Source of the DNA: Pelomyxa schiedti
Taxonomy: Eukaryota; Protista; Evosea
Length of the DNA stretch: 64,000 nucleotides
Direction: 5' to 3'
NCBI GenBank assembly: GCA_020536535.1
Contig: JAHLWZ010000183.1
Location: 1-64,000 of the forward strand
Of this stretch, positions 1-13,836 are shown piece after piece. A program made the translations under genes and the position numbers. Within the stretch, counting starts at the first letter, position 1. Every line of letters starts with the position of its first letter. The notes under the pieces were generated by a model. That model had not been told where the DNA came from. It was given only the letters and a program-made list of their open reading frames with translations, and did not search any database.

Positions 1-732
1 AGAAGAAGCCAAAGGTCGGAGTTGACGTCAAGGTTGATGTGCCAAAGCCAGAAGCACCAAAAGCAAAGGTTGACGTGAAGGTTGATGTGCCAAAGCCAGA
101 GGCGCCAAAACCAAAGGTTGAACTGAAGGTTGACGCCAAGGTGAAGAAGGGGTCAAAGTCATCTTCGTCGTCGTCATCAGGAAAGAAGGGTGCAAAGGGA
201 GGAATCGGGATTGGGTTGCCACACATTGGAAAGCCCGACCTCCACATTTCAGGGCCAAACTTGGGCCTGCCAAAGATCAAGGGCAGCAAGAGCAAGAGCT
301 CAAGCAGCACCAGCAGTGGCGGGAAGAAGAAACCAAAGGCCGGCGTAGCTGTGGACCTGAAGGTTGATGCCAAGGTGCCAAAACCTGATGTCAAGGCCCC
401 AGCTCCAGCAGCGAAGGTCGAGGTTGATGCTTCTATCAAGAAGCCAGAGGTGCCAAAGCCATCCAAGAGCAAATCAAAATCAAAGTCGAAGTCTTCTTCA
501 TCATCAAGCAGTGACAAGGGTGGAAAGAAGAAGGGATCAGGTTTCCACCTTGGCATTGGGCTCCCCAAGTTGTCCAAGCCAAAGGGACCAGAGGCCTCTG
601 TGAAGAAGCCAGAGCCTGCTGTCAAGGTCACAGCCGACGTGAAGGTAGCAGCAAAGCCAGAAGTGCCAAAGCCAAAGGTGGAAGCTGACCTCTCACTCAA
701 GAAGAAGGGATCCAAGTCGAAGTCATCCTCGT
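1..732 (+). CDS. Fragment of Lys/Ser/Pro/Val-rich repeat protein (same repeat family as 55433-57192; truncated by window start and gap)
   Basis: Open frame with KPEVPKPKVEADLSLKKKGSKSKSSS and GLPHIGKPDL repeats. 1-121 is identical to 56806-56926 and 612-732 is identical to 56229-56349. Confidence 0.8.
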
Positions 733-832
733 NNNNNNNNNNNNNNNNNNNNNNNNNNNNNNNNNNNNNNNNNNNNNNNNNNNNNNNNNNNNNNNNNNNN
801 NNNNNNNNNNNNNNNNNNNNNNNNNNNNNNNN
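733..832. other. Scaffold gap (100 N)
   Basis: Run of 100 N. Confidence 1.
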
Positions 833-859
833 GACAAAACCACCGTGCGCGATCCCAGC

Positions 860-2100
860 ATGTTGTGAAATAACTTTTTCGTGTCGCTTCTTGGAAACAC
901 GCCGAAACGAAGTGAATCTCTAGCAGAATTGGCAAATTCTGATATGGTGGTTTCGATGTTCTCGGTGCGCAGCTGATCAGATGGCTGCTGCCACGCATGT
1001 ATCGCCGATGATGACGATTACTATGGACACAATGAACGCTTTTACTCTTTTGAAAGTGGTTCAACAAGCAGTCTGCCGTCTTGTTTGATGCTGAGATACT
1101 CTCCATCATGATGGTGAATGGGCCCTCTCCTGGCGGGCCCTGGCTTTGTGTCCTTAATGAGTGCCCCACACAATCGCCGCCTCTAGCTCGCGCACGGTGT
1201 CGTACTTCTTTTCGTGGGGGGGTGGTGACCCTGCTTGCAAGCTCGACGATGCGTTCTGTCTTTCGCATTCCTTTGTACCAGTGCGGGCATCCGTGTGAAT
1301 TTCCAGCCTGAACTCCGAGCCGTACGCAATCAGGGTGCTCAAGCAGTAATTTTTCGGCAATCGGGTGCAGCACAAGCCTTGCGTAGTAATTCACCATGTT
1401 TCCAACCCCCCAGCCCATTGCCTCGGTTTCGGCCAGCCAGTGAGTACCTTGATTCTGCCCTCGTCCATTTGCACACCCTTCTCAGACACCATGTGACCCA
1501 ACTAGCTGACTTCTCGGTTGACCAAGCTACATTTCAGCGCACGTGCTCTCAGGTTCGCCCCTCTCAGCCGGGTGTACACGGCTCTCAGGTTTTCCAAGTG
1601 CTCCTCAAACGTGTGCCCCATCACGATGATGTCGTCAATGTATACAGTGCATGCCTTCCCTGGGAGGGCTGCCAAACAACGCTCCGTGAGTTGCTGGAAA
1701 GTCTGGGATGGGAATCAATTTTAGATGATCCCACTAAGAAACAAGGGAATGTACCTTGCAGATATTCACTACCACGGGGCATCCCCACAATTTTGCTGCA
1801 TTAAGTTGAGATTAGAATAGACTGTGGGACCCAACAAAGAGCATCGAACCTTCGAGACCAACTCCAAAGATACCCTGTCCCAGTTCCTTTGTTGCTGCGG
1901 GGAACTTGATGTCATTCCAGGATTCTATTACATATCCAAGGCCCTCAAGTTGAAGTACCAGAGCGTAGCCCTCTGGAAATCCTACTGAGTGTGGAGATTG
2001 TTGCTGTAGTGCTGGTTCTCGAGCATGTTCTTCAGAGGACTGCAGGTCCCCACCTTGCTCTGTGTGGTATTGGGGTGCTCACTGAACATGGAGATGCACT
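860..2100 (-). mobile_element. Degenerate Ty3/Gypsy LTR-retrotransposon pol remnant (RT + RNase H)
   Basis: Minus strand reads TFQQLTERCLAALPGKACTVYIDDIIVMGHTFEEHLENLRAVYTRLRGANLRARALKCSLVNREVS*LGHMVSEKGVQMDEGRIKVLTGWPKP (YIDD at 1631-1642; in-frame stop near 1502). After a frameshift it reads GNMVNYYARLV, then RNase H-like PFTIM...HRRYMRG. No introns. Confidence 0.9.
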
Positions 2101-2832
2101 TTCTTTTTCACTGTGGTACATAACAACAACAAGTTGAAGGATGCCATTTCCCTCTTTGTAGCTGCAACAGAAGCTTCAGGGGTTTTGAAGGAAATGAACG
2201 TTTTCCATGAACTATACTGAAAACTCACTCGCTCTCTGTCAAAGAAAGATTGGTATCTGTATCTCCCCAACAACAAATAAAAAAATCCAAGCGAATAATA
2301 ACAAGCATAGGATTGAGGATATATAGATTACAGCGGCGTACACGTTATTATGGTACAAGTGTTTGATTTGAGGAACGGAGAGTTGGCCTATAGATCGATC
2401 ATGTGTGACCAAAGTCTTGAAATTCACCACCATTACTGACCCAATCATAGCAACACAGTCCCGCCAGTACTTTCCTGTCGTCTGAGTTCCTCGAAATCAC
2501 GCAAGCACCCTCGGCTGTCGCTGCTGCTCTTTTCTAGGGAACCACTCCAGTGGTTGCATCTGCGGCGCCGGCATTATGGGCCCGCCGCGGCCTCGTGCTC
2601 ACCGAGATCTGCGGTATCTCTTACACTCACTGCCCCGTTTTAGGGATTGGAATGCCGTTTCTCTACAAGTGGAGGCTGCTGGCCATAATTTCCAGTCTTC
2701 GGCATGCTTTGTTAGCATGCCTTCGGCGGGTATCAGGCAATCCCTTTACTTCAGCATACTCATCCCTCTAGGTTACACCCAGCTGGTTCTTCCGTCACGC
2801 AACCTATCATGCCCATGTCTGTTCCCCTGTTC

Positions 2833-3443
2833 CATTTGTATTGTGTTCTAACTTGCTTTGTTACACTAGACATGGACCCAGACAGGAGATGGACCACTGT
2901 GGAAAACTGGGGAGAAAAATAAGGAGAACTTGTGCCACTGTTCCTGAATGTCAATTTGATTGAAGTAGTTCAGACGTGAACATGCCGGTTGGTATTCGTT
3001 TCTTCTCCCACGTTAATGCATTCTCATATATAGACAAGGTCACGCCTTCCATATTTCCACCAGCTGCAGGCATGATACCTTGATGAAGCTGGCACCACTA
3101 TGTAGAGGAACCTCTCGCTGTTGGGACTCCCATACCTTTGCCCCTCTCGTAGCACTCCTTGACAGAGCACCAGCCAATAGTGGCACCGTGCTCCCCCTTT
3201 GACAGGGGTCTGTAGTTTCCGGCTTTATGCCACCGTGCACCAAGCATATCAAGTCTGTTTTCCTCTTTCGTTTGTATCCTATCAAACTTGCACTACAGGT
3301 AACATTGTTCTGCAACGGTTGCAACAACTCTCAGGTCCTCGACATAGGACCAGCCCTTTTTCTTGGCCCTCTGGGGCACTATTTCAAGAACAGTAATGCT
3401 CAGGTCTAGTCCCTATTTCATTTGTATTGTGTTCTAACTTGCT
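2833..3443. repeat. 25-nt direct repeat CATTTGTATTGTGTTCTAACTTGCT (2833-2857 and 3419-3443)
   Basis: Exact match at 586-nt spacing, with partial similarity continuing (acacta[g/t]acat). Confidence 0.85.
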
Positions 3444-4004
3444 ACACTATACATAAACCAAGTCTTTTTTTTCCTTTCTACCAAGAACACGAAGGTGTAC
3501 AGCCTTGATCCTGGTGACAGTAGCATAAAGGAAGCACTGCCGGCATGTTCACCCTATTAACCACATTCAGGAGAACCCCTGCCCCAGGCTGGCCCTAGAT
3601 CAGTTCCGGCAACACAAACAATCACCAACACTCACCTGTGGTATCTACACCAAGAAACATGCCAGCACCACCCACGCTCCACTGTTGCCAGGGACAGTAA
3701 CATGCCGCACCACCTATTAGATGTCTAGTTCTTTTTTTCCAAATGCTATTCCATTTCTATCTCTCTAGATCTTCTTGGTTGCCGCCGTTACACGAAACAC
3801 CATTTAAATAAATTAAATTGGCCACCAAAATTTTAAAACATTCCCGCCAAAATACCCATCTAAAATAACCATAAAAAAACTAAATGTAAGATCTGGTGGT
3901 GCGTCAAGGCGAGATCCGGTGGTGGTACTACAAATCTGCAACCTGCGCGCACTGTATCAACACGTGTGCACTCTTGTGGCGCTGTAAATTGCGTCAGGTC
4001 ATAT

Positions 4005-4165
4005 TGTGCTTGCTTCAGCTGGCAAGGGGTTCTTGTTCATAATTTCGAAATTTTCTTTCTGTTTCTGCTGGGGCTTATTCTGTGCTTGCTTCAGCTGGCA
4101 AGGGGTTCTTGTTCATAATTTCGAAATTTTCTTTCTGTGCTTGCTTCAGCTGGCAAGGGGAAATT
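4005..4165. repeat. Tandem minisatellite, about 2.5 copies of TGTGCTTGCTTCAGCTGGCAAGGGG(TTCTTGTTCATAATTTCGAAATTTTCTTTC)
   Basis: Unit starts near 4006, 4081 and 4136. A second 23-nt direct repeat (CATTTTGGGCGATTCCCAACCTC) is at 4434-4456 and 4485-4507. Confidence 0.85.
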
Positions 4166-4622
4166 CATCCATCCAATCCATCATCATAATTTAATTCTTC
4201 TCTCCAACAAACAGCTTCTTTTTCAAATTTCTGGCAAGGAAATTCATTCAGTATATTCTGGCAAAGGAATCAAACACTACTAAAGGGTTGTAAAAAACAG
4301 GAAGGAAAAACAAATATTATTATAAAAGACAATAACAAAAGCAACAGCACTGCAGGCAAGGCAACAAATCGGACTTACTGCAAGCAAATTCAGCAAAGAG
4401 AGAGCCACAACAACCTGTATTCTCCTCTACTCTCATTTTGGGCGATTCCCAACCTCTTTGGTCTCTACTCTCCTGTTCCTCCTTCATTTTGGGCGATTCC
4501 CAACCTCCTTTCTCACCTCTATTCTCTGCACTCTACTCTCCATTTCTCGGCCTTTTTCCCTTCTTCTTCCTCCTGGCAAATTCCAGTTCCGAAACAACTC
4601 TGTCTACCCCCTCTGTGTATTG

Positions 4623-5820
4623 TTACGGGTGGAGCGTGGTACCATGAACTGTGTGGTTGGATGCACCTTGGGGACGATTGGTTTTTTGAAAAAACAAAGC
4701 CCGTATTTTTCGTTTAAGCGGCGTATCCTTGGTGCAATCAAATTTTAGAACCGTATGGTATTCAGGCGGATCATCTCCGATTGCAGTACCGCACATAATT
4801 ACAGAAGAGTTCCTCACCTGGATGAAGGCAAGAGTTGGATCTGACAACTAGTTTTCGAGCTGCGATACATTCCACTGCGTTGTGCTGTCAAGGTTGAGTG
4901 TGAGAACTTTGTTTCCTTGAGTTTAGACAATTTCGCAGGTTATCTTATATTCATTAGTGGAGATTGGGGGGAAAACCTAGTAACAATGTTGGAGCTTCTG
5001 GGGTATTTACTTCTCGAGATTCTCACTGTGACTTCGCCTCCACAGAGGAAATTATTTACTCCTGTATTCTTTGGGTCTAAGTGGAAATGAAGAAATGAAA
5101 ATGATGATACCCAGTATTTATTGCCACAAGTTGTCCTTTTAGCGGGGACTGTAAAGTTCTCACTTCCCAGCCTTTTGGTTCAGTCATAATGCACTGCTGA
5201 GTGGTTAGTAAATTCGCATGATTCAGCATAACAGACACAACCTGCAAAGGAGGTACCTGTGCCCTCTGACTCTATTGGCGCAATTACATTAGCATGATGA
5301 ATGGCACTCTTACATAGATAGGGAGCGAACGCATTTCCAGCCTTTCTTCTTTCACCAAAATCCCGTGTTGGATCATACACGGCTCTCAAGATGTCAACAA
5401 ACCAGAAACTTACCCCCCAAACGCCACACACGCACGCACGCACGCACAGGCACCCCCTTGCTCCTGGATGGACATCGCCTGTACCCCAAGGTTCCCTCCC
5501 CGGCCCTCCTCATCCAGCATAGATTTCGTCGCGCAAGTGTCCGATGATAGCATCACTCTTGTGCCGCCGATCCATCCCCCTGATGGTGGGTAATGTGGTG
5601 CCTGATCCCCCGTACTTGAATATGCCAAACCCTGCCTTGCATCACGTTCTTCTCCCGTTGGGTACATTTTCTCATCTGTCCATGTGACTGCCGTGGTCGT
5701 TCCTGTTCGCTTCCCAATGTCCTCAATTGAGCCTGGAAGGCTCTCCCTTTCCCCACCCAGTGGTGCCCATGGTGTCAACTGACACTGATGAATTGGCCGG
5801 TGTAGGGAACACGGTTCCAA
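4623..5820 (-). CDS. Possible spliced hypothetical protein
   Basis: Successive open segments (VDILRAVYDPTRDFGERRKAG..., QCIMTEPKGWEVRTL..., DPKNTGVNNFLCGGEV..., DPTLAFIQ...) separated by GT..AG pyrimidine-rich spacers. No family recognised and the boundaries are uncertain. Confidence 0.35.
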
Positions 5821-6094
5821 GGGGTAACGTGGTGCCTTGATATCTCTTTAGGACGAAAAATTACTTAATTTCTTCTGAGGTCAAGGCTGAGGTTTCATCT
5901 GGCAAAAAAAATAAGAGATATGTCGAGGCGTTTTTGCATCAAAACTGCCGCGGACGCGACTCGTGGAGGGGGTTCTAGAGAACTTCGTGGAATCAGACCA
6001 TCAAACTCCCCAAATGTTGTTGGCACATTAGAAATTATGCCACAGTTTTGACTTTCTTTTTCGCAATTTGAAAAAAAAAATCTGTGTGGGTCAG

Positions 6095-7314
<1,220 letters not shown>

Positions 7315-7481
7315 ACATGTGATTGCCTTTTTTTTGTACATCTTTTTTTTTTTTTTTATCAACAAGGCACCAAAACAAGTTTATGCCCTCCCCGTTTTTT
7401 TTTACATCTTTCATTAATGCCTGGTCAATGGGCTCACTTAATAGTATCATTACATGTAGTCTGGTACTATGTGATTACAAC

Positions 7482-10400
7482 TCAAAACATGGTGGATGCA
7501 ACGTGAATGGCTTTTGCCCACAGAGAGGCGGTGTATTCGGTCTTAGCCTCAAACAGCAGCTCCTTGCCGTCATTGTCACCGCTTTTCTTGATTGTGATCA
7601 GGGCACCTTTGACTGTGGGGGTTGGTTCCAGTAAGCTAACTGGCACTTTTTTACTCCCATATGTGAAGTTGTGGCTGTCGAGTGAGCACTTGAGTGTTCT
7701 GTTGATCATCCCCGGCCGCACGAGAATCCCTTGCATCAGGCAGTGTGCTGACTCGGGAGAGTAGAACTGGAATGCTATGTCGTCGACTTGGTAGAATAAG
7801 TGTTCCAGGAAAGGCCTAGGTGTGTGGTTAGGAACGCTTAGGTATCTCTTCTGTTGTGTTTATTCGGTTTGTTGTCGGTGATTACGGAAATGTGTGTGCT
7901 TTTAGAAGGGGATATACTTGGGAAATCCTTGCTTATCGTTGAATTCCTCATTGCTGAGGTACCACTCATTGATGCCGAGTTTCATTGCATTTGGGTGGTG
8001 GCGTGATGTGTTCAACATGATACAAGAAAACTACAGTACGTTAGAAGGGGAAATGTGTAATCATGTGGGAAATGACTCAACTGAAAGTTCGTAAATGGCA
8101 CTCTTGTTCCGGAATACACCGCTTTCTACGGCAGATGCAAAATAGCGAGAGGAAAAGGCGTTCATCATGCGGTCAATTTTCTGTGATTCCCCAGGAAGAT
8201 ACAGACTCCACAGGAAACGGCGCAACGCCATTTCAAAGTTGAGTTTGCTAAAGTCAAGGAGCTGCAAGAACTGGTATAGTACTTGTTCACTTCCTTGGGT
8301 GCCCAGGAAATCCCCAATAACAGCTCCAGGCAAATATGACCGATTGTGAAATTCTCGGGCAACTGATCTTGGTGCATTGGTTATTACTCCAAGGTCGACT
8401 AATTGCTTCAGTCCTTTGATGGGATTCTGTGCAAAGACTTTGATTGCCAGTTCCTTGTGGTCAATTGGGGTGGGATGGTCTGATGCTGATGCCGAGCGCC
8501 TTCTGATGGGTGAAGACCTTGATGGTGAGCTTGACACTCCCCTTTCTGGAGCTATTGAAGACTTGGTTGTTGTAATCGAAACGCTTTCAGGAACGATTGG
8601 CTGAATATTAGGCACTGAGGCAGTAGTAACCAAAAGAGGTTTTTGGCACGCACTGTCAGTAAGAATAAGTGTATATGAGCTGCCACAGGCAACTTGCTTA
8701 ACCTGTCTTGCAACTAGTTTGGGAGGAAAATCTCGCACCAAGTTTTCATCAAAGATCATCTCCTCAGCACAGCCTAGTCTACAACTCTCACTGCTTCCCC
8801 ACATCCATAAGTCACCGGCTTCAGTCAAAGCACCAAAGTGATTTGCACCACAACTGATTCTGACATGTGGTGGCAATGCACTCAGAGCACATGGTCGAGG
8901 GAACCCCATAAATCCAAGAGGAGCAAGAGAAGGATGAACGATGTGATTTCCTACATCACCCCAAAACCAGACACTTCCACTGGCATCTGTGGCGTATGTA
9001 ACATTGCGGCCACAGGCTACAGAAGTTATGTTTTTGCCTTCAAGAATGAGGTGAGGTACAGGAATCACAGATTCGTCGTAGTCAGCAGCAAGGGAAATAT
9101 TGTAACCCCAGGCCCATACATCGCCTTGCAGGGATACAGCCGCCACATGGCTATCCCCACAGTCAAAAGAGACAAAAGTTACCTCTTGTTGACTATCTTC
9201 ACTAGCGTTGGCCATAGTTCCTTTATCAACTGACTTGCTTGGACTGGTTGATCTAGCTCTTTCCTCAGCTGGGCCCATATCACTTGTAGATGTACTCGTT
9301 GTTGTTCTTGTAATTGTAGTTGTAGTTGTAGTTGTCGTTGTCGTTGTCGTTGTTGTGGTGGCTGTCGCTGTCGCTGCAGTGCAAGTAGAGACCTCACTGC
9401 TTGACTCTAGATCAGTTTTTATATCGGTTTCTTTTTTGGGGGGTTCTTTGCCATTTGGGTCCTGTTTCCGTGGGGTTCTCGAATATGTAAATTGCTTACG
9501 TGGTGGAGGTTTATGCAGAACGATTCGTCTTGGTTCTGTACTGACACATGGAATATCATCACCCCAGCCCCAAAGTGTGCCATTTGTTAACCTTGCAAAA
9601 GCAAAGGCTTTATCACTGCCAGCATGAACTTCCTCTACGTCATCAAGGGGGAGGGGTTCCAGTGAGCGGTGTGCATCAAATAAATCTTTGCAGCAATACA
9701 ACTTGCCACTAGTGCCGATTGCAAGTACCAATAGTGTGCCAACGCACAGATGCTTGATTGGTTCTGGGGCATGAATTACAACAGGTGTAGATATGTTGAG
9801 TCGCCCCATCTCACAACCAGGAGGGCCATTCGGATAGCATAGTACCGTACCACCCGCAGTAAGAAGAACCTAACATGGATCACTCATAAACGAATTTAAC
9901 AATATGAAACACACACAGCCGCGCGGGTTCCATGAGCGCAAATTTCCACAACATCTCTTCTGCGAAGCACATGAGGTCCCGGCACCGACTTCCCAAAATA
10001 GAACAGGACACCCTCGCCACCAGGCACCTCCTCCTCCGCCTCCTCGTCGTACGGAGTTGCAGCCGAAGCAGTTGGGAGGCCGGACCTCGGCCTCCCGCCC
10101 AGTCCCGCGGTGTCGATAGTCAGAGTGGCGCGGGCGCGCTCGATCACGCGCGCGGCCTCGTCGGAGGGCTCGGAGTTCGTGCAGGAGCGCTGCCGGCGGT
10201 ACCCGGTGCCCCGCGCCCCGGGCGAGGCCGACGGCGCGGGGTCGGCGGGGGCCCGCGGTGGGGAGACAGACAGCGAGGAGCTGCGCGTGCGGTGTGGCCC
10301 GCCGCCGCCGTGGTGGCCGTGGCTGTGGTGCCCGTGCCCGTGGGCGTGGCCGTGCCGGTGCCGCCGCGGCGACTCGGACTGCGAGGGGGACTCTGGGGCG

Positions 10401-10927
10401 GGGGGCTGCTGGGGGAGCGGGGGCCGCGCCTGGGGCGGAGGCGGGGGCCGGGGCGACGAGTCTCCGAGGGGACTGGGAGAATGGTGGGAAACGGGGCGAA
10501 CGGGAGAGGCCGAGGATGCGGACCTGGCCTTTGTCGGCGTTATCGGTAGCGGTGTGGCCAGAGCCGCGGCGGGCTTATTGTACGACGACGAAGATGATGC
10601 CCTCCGTCGGTTCTGCGGTTGGTTTTGGGCCTGCTGCGGTTGCAGCTGTTGCTGCTGGAGTTGGCCCTGGTGATGGCTGTGGTGGTGCTGGCTGTGGTGG
10701 GCGTGGTGGTGATGATCGTCGTGCTGCTGTTGCTGCTGAGCCTGCTGGCTACGAGGGCTCTCGGTTGCTGCGCTCGGCGGGGGCGCCGGCGGTGCACTTG
10801 TTACTATCACTGCCACTGTTTCTATCCTTGTGACCGTCGCCGTAGAAAAGCAGGAGTCAGAGTCCCCATTTTGTGCTGCCACCGTCGCGTTCGCATTTTG
10901 TGCTTGTACACCTCCCAACAGTGACAT
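7482..10927 (-). CDS. ArfGEF with low-complexity His/Pro-rich N-terminus, RCC1-like repeats, Sec7 domain and C-terminal PH domain
   Basis: RCC1 repeats (CGDSHVAAVSLQGDVWAWG; ISCGANHFGALTEAGDLWMWG). Sec7 motifs (DFSKLNFEMALRRFLWSLYLPGESQKIDRMMNAF; FSCIMLNT). PH C-terminal helix (LLFEAKTEYTASLWAKAI). Exons join through GT-AG introns near 9890-9935, 8030-8070 and 7850-7900. Confidence 0.85.
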
Positions 10928-11117
10928 TGAAGTTTGTTCCTAGATTTCAGAGAAAAGCTCTTCTGATCTACTTACGGTCAATCACAGGGTGAGGGACCCT
11001 GGTCATAACAGAGCTCTCAAGCGCAATCAGCGCCGTGAGTAATAGTGGTTTCCTAAGCCCTGGTTTTGACGCAGTCTTTTAAAGTCTGCCTTTCGTGTAA
11101 AACGGTTCATCACAGGC

Positions 11118-13784
11118 ATGCTCAAGCGTACTTTTTCCCTAGACCTGTTGTAAGTCGCTGCGTCTCTCTTGTCACCTCATTTGTTTCACTCTCACAACTA
11201 CCCCTACAACTACAAACACCTTTTGTAGTGCTGGAGGGTCTGGTGCATCCAGGAAAACCGACTCAAATGGGGGGATTGAATCAGGCTTGGGGGGCTATTC
11301 AGGCGGGACAGTGGGGAAGCGGAAAGGCAGGGCAATGGGGAGGTACCAATGCTTTGGTGCTGCCATAGACCTCAATTCTGGTGAGGTCCCTCGCGTCATA
11401 GCCATCTGTCTCCCTTTCCTTAGAAATCGTATGACTGAGTTTGTTTTTTTTTTTTTTTTCCCCTTCTTCTTCCTTGGTTTTAACGAGCTCCATGTTAACA
11501 GGAATGGAGGAATCTGGAATTTTTCGAATCTCCGGGCAGATGACCCAGATCAATGCACTGCGAGCTATATGGGATAAAGGTAAAATTTTGCTATTCATAG
11601 ACTCTGACACTACCTGGCTTTTGTAGGCCAAGTCCCTAACTTAGACGACTTCACGACACACACTGTCGCAGGAGTGCTCAAACTTTATCTGAGGTTCAAA
11701 ACTTGATTCGACTTCTTCGATTTATACATTCTTTAGGCAACTCCCTGAGCCAATTCTTACCTTTGCTCTATATAGTCAGTTCATTAAGTTAGCTGAAGGC
11801 TTGTAATCCACCCTAAATTGATATTTTGCATTAGTTTTTGTAATATGAAATACAGAGCATAATCAGTTGGAACCTGCAGAAACCATTAACACCATAAAAT
11901 CCTTGGTTGCTAAGATTCCATATACATACCTTGTTATACTTAATGACCTTATGCTGTTTTCCCGTGATATGGCTTCAAAATCCAGTGTCAATTCTATGAC
12001 TGCAGCAAACATGTAACCACCCCTAAGTACCTCTCTTGCAGGAACTTATTTCAGGCAGTGCAACGTGCCTTGCAGCAAATATTCTCCGGACTGACAATGA
12101 ATATTCTATGGAGACAATTGTTCTACACACAGCCTCTGTGAATTGGGTCGTTTTCTTTCTGATATCAAACTACGATGCCATCTTTGTATGTGCAACCAGT
12201 ATGAAATCAAATAGTGATGTCAAATAGCCTGCACTACTAGAAGCAGCTGAAGCAGCAGCCGCTGCAGCCCGAATACCGGTTTCTCTTCCACCAAATGATC
12301 AGAAGAAAAAACCACAAGCACCAACTAGACCCCCTCCCCGTACCTTACGCAATCGCCCAAAGCCACCTTCACCTTCAGTCTATGGAGTACTAGCATATAC
12401 ACCCCCAAAACCAGTTCGTGCACCCTCTCTCCTTAATCTGGTACGCCCACCAGAAACCGCGAAAGAGATCGATATACAAAATACTTCCGTGCCACCAACA
12501 GAACAATTTGATGAAGACTCCTTGTACAAAAGGGCTCCACCTGCAAAAGCTCCACCTCCAATCCCACAGCCACTTCAGGACAGTGATCATGTCGACACTC
12601 CGCAATCAAACCAAACGGGCATTACACAACTACCATCAACACTAGCTCCGCCTCCCCCTTTGATTCCACCCGAATCAATACCACTTTCACCAGCTCCATT
12701 GCCACCAAATTCTCTTCCACCTCTCGCCCCATTACCCCCAGTGCCACAACTTCCCTCATTGGCTCCAATTCCTCCTCCACCTCTTGAGTCTCTTCCATCT
12801 ACTCCCCCTCCTGATATCAATTCAAGTACAACTCTTGATGCATCTCCCCTAGTTCCCCCCAACAAAGAAGAAAGTCCCCCTTCAGGATCGACATCAGAAG
12901 TCCAATCAGAAGCCACAATAACATTATCTAAATCACCCAAAACCACTATAGTCTCTGATGGCCAGGAAGAGGAAAAGCTCGAGAGTGGAGAAGAGAGCAA
13001 AGATAAGGCAATTGAAGAATTTGAGGAAGGATATGATGAAGGGGAATTATATGAGGAAGAAAGTGAGGAAGAATATGAGGTTATCCATTAACTTAGAACC
13101 TATCCCATTTTTCACTAAATATTTACCAAGGATGAGGAAGTATTTAACTATCGAGAGAAGTCCTATTCAATTGTCAAGGACATCTATGATCTCTCGTCCG
13201 AAATTGATCTCCGGCTCTGTGATCAGCCTCTTATGCGGGAGCAACTTCTCTACTGTGTCAAAGCAGCAAAAGAACTTAAAAAAGTATGTCATGCAAATCA
13301 GCCTAATTTCATCAATGCAAATAGTGCCAAGCACTTCCTCTTGGTGTTTCTGACATTCCTGATATAGAACCGCCTCCTGATTTCAGTCAACAACCACCCA
13401 TGCAGAACACTGGTCACCTAATGTTAGCTTCTTGTTCATAGTTTCTTTTTCTTATTTTTTCGTTAGTAAACCTCTCCTCCATGTTGTGAAGGTTTCAACT
13501 AATTACGTTGAAAAAATTTCTGATGTACTGGCTGAACTTGATACGATTGAAGATATGTCTCCATTTAGTGTCAGACTACTATGGCTGCATAATGTATGAA
13601 CCACTTTTTTTGTAACTACAAGTTATTGGCACCCAGGCGTTCACATTGATGTGTATTGCATTGCGTACTGAATCTTCATGTGACCCACCTCAAAAACTAC
13701 CCTCGGAATCACAGCAGTCGCAAATGCAAGAACAAATCCAACCGCAACCGCAACCACAAACACAGACACAAACACAACCACAAC

Positions 13785-13836
<52 letters not shown>

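Noticed and set aside
3780-3800. TGTAAC on the minus strand as a possible LTR start
   Set aside because: No matching second LTR, primer-binding site or target-site duplication is visible in the window.
4005-4165. Short repeats as a CRISPR-like array
   Set aside because: Only 2-3 units, no unique equal-length spacers, no cas genes, and a eukaryotic context.
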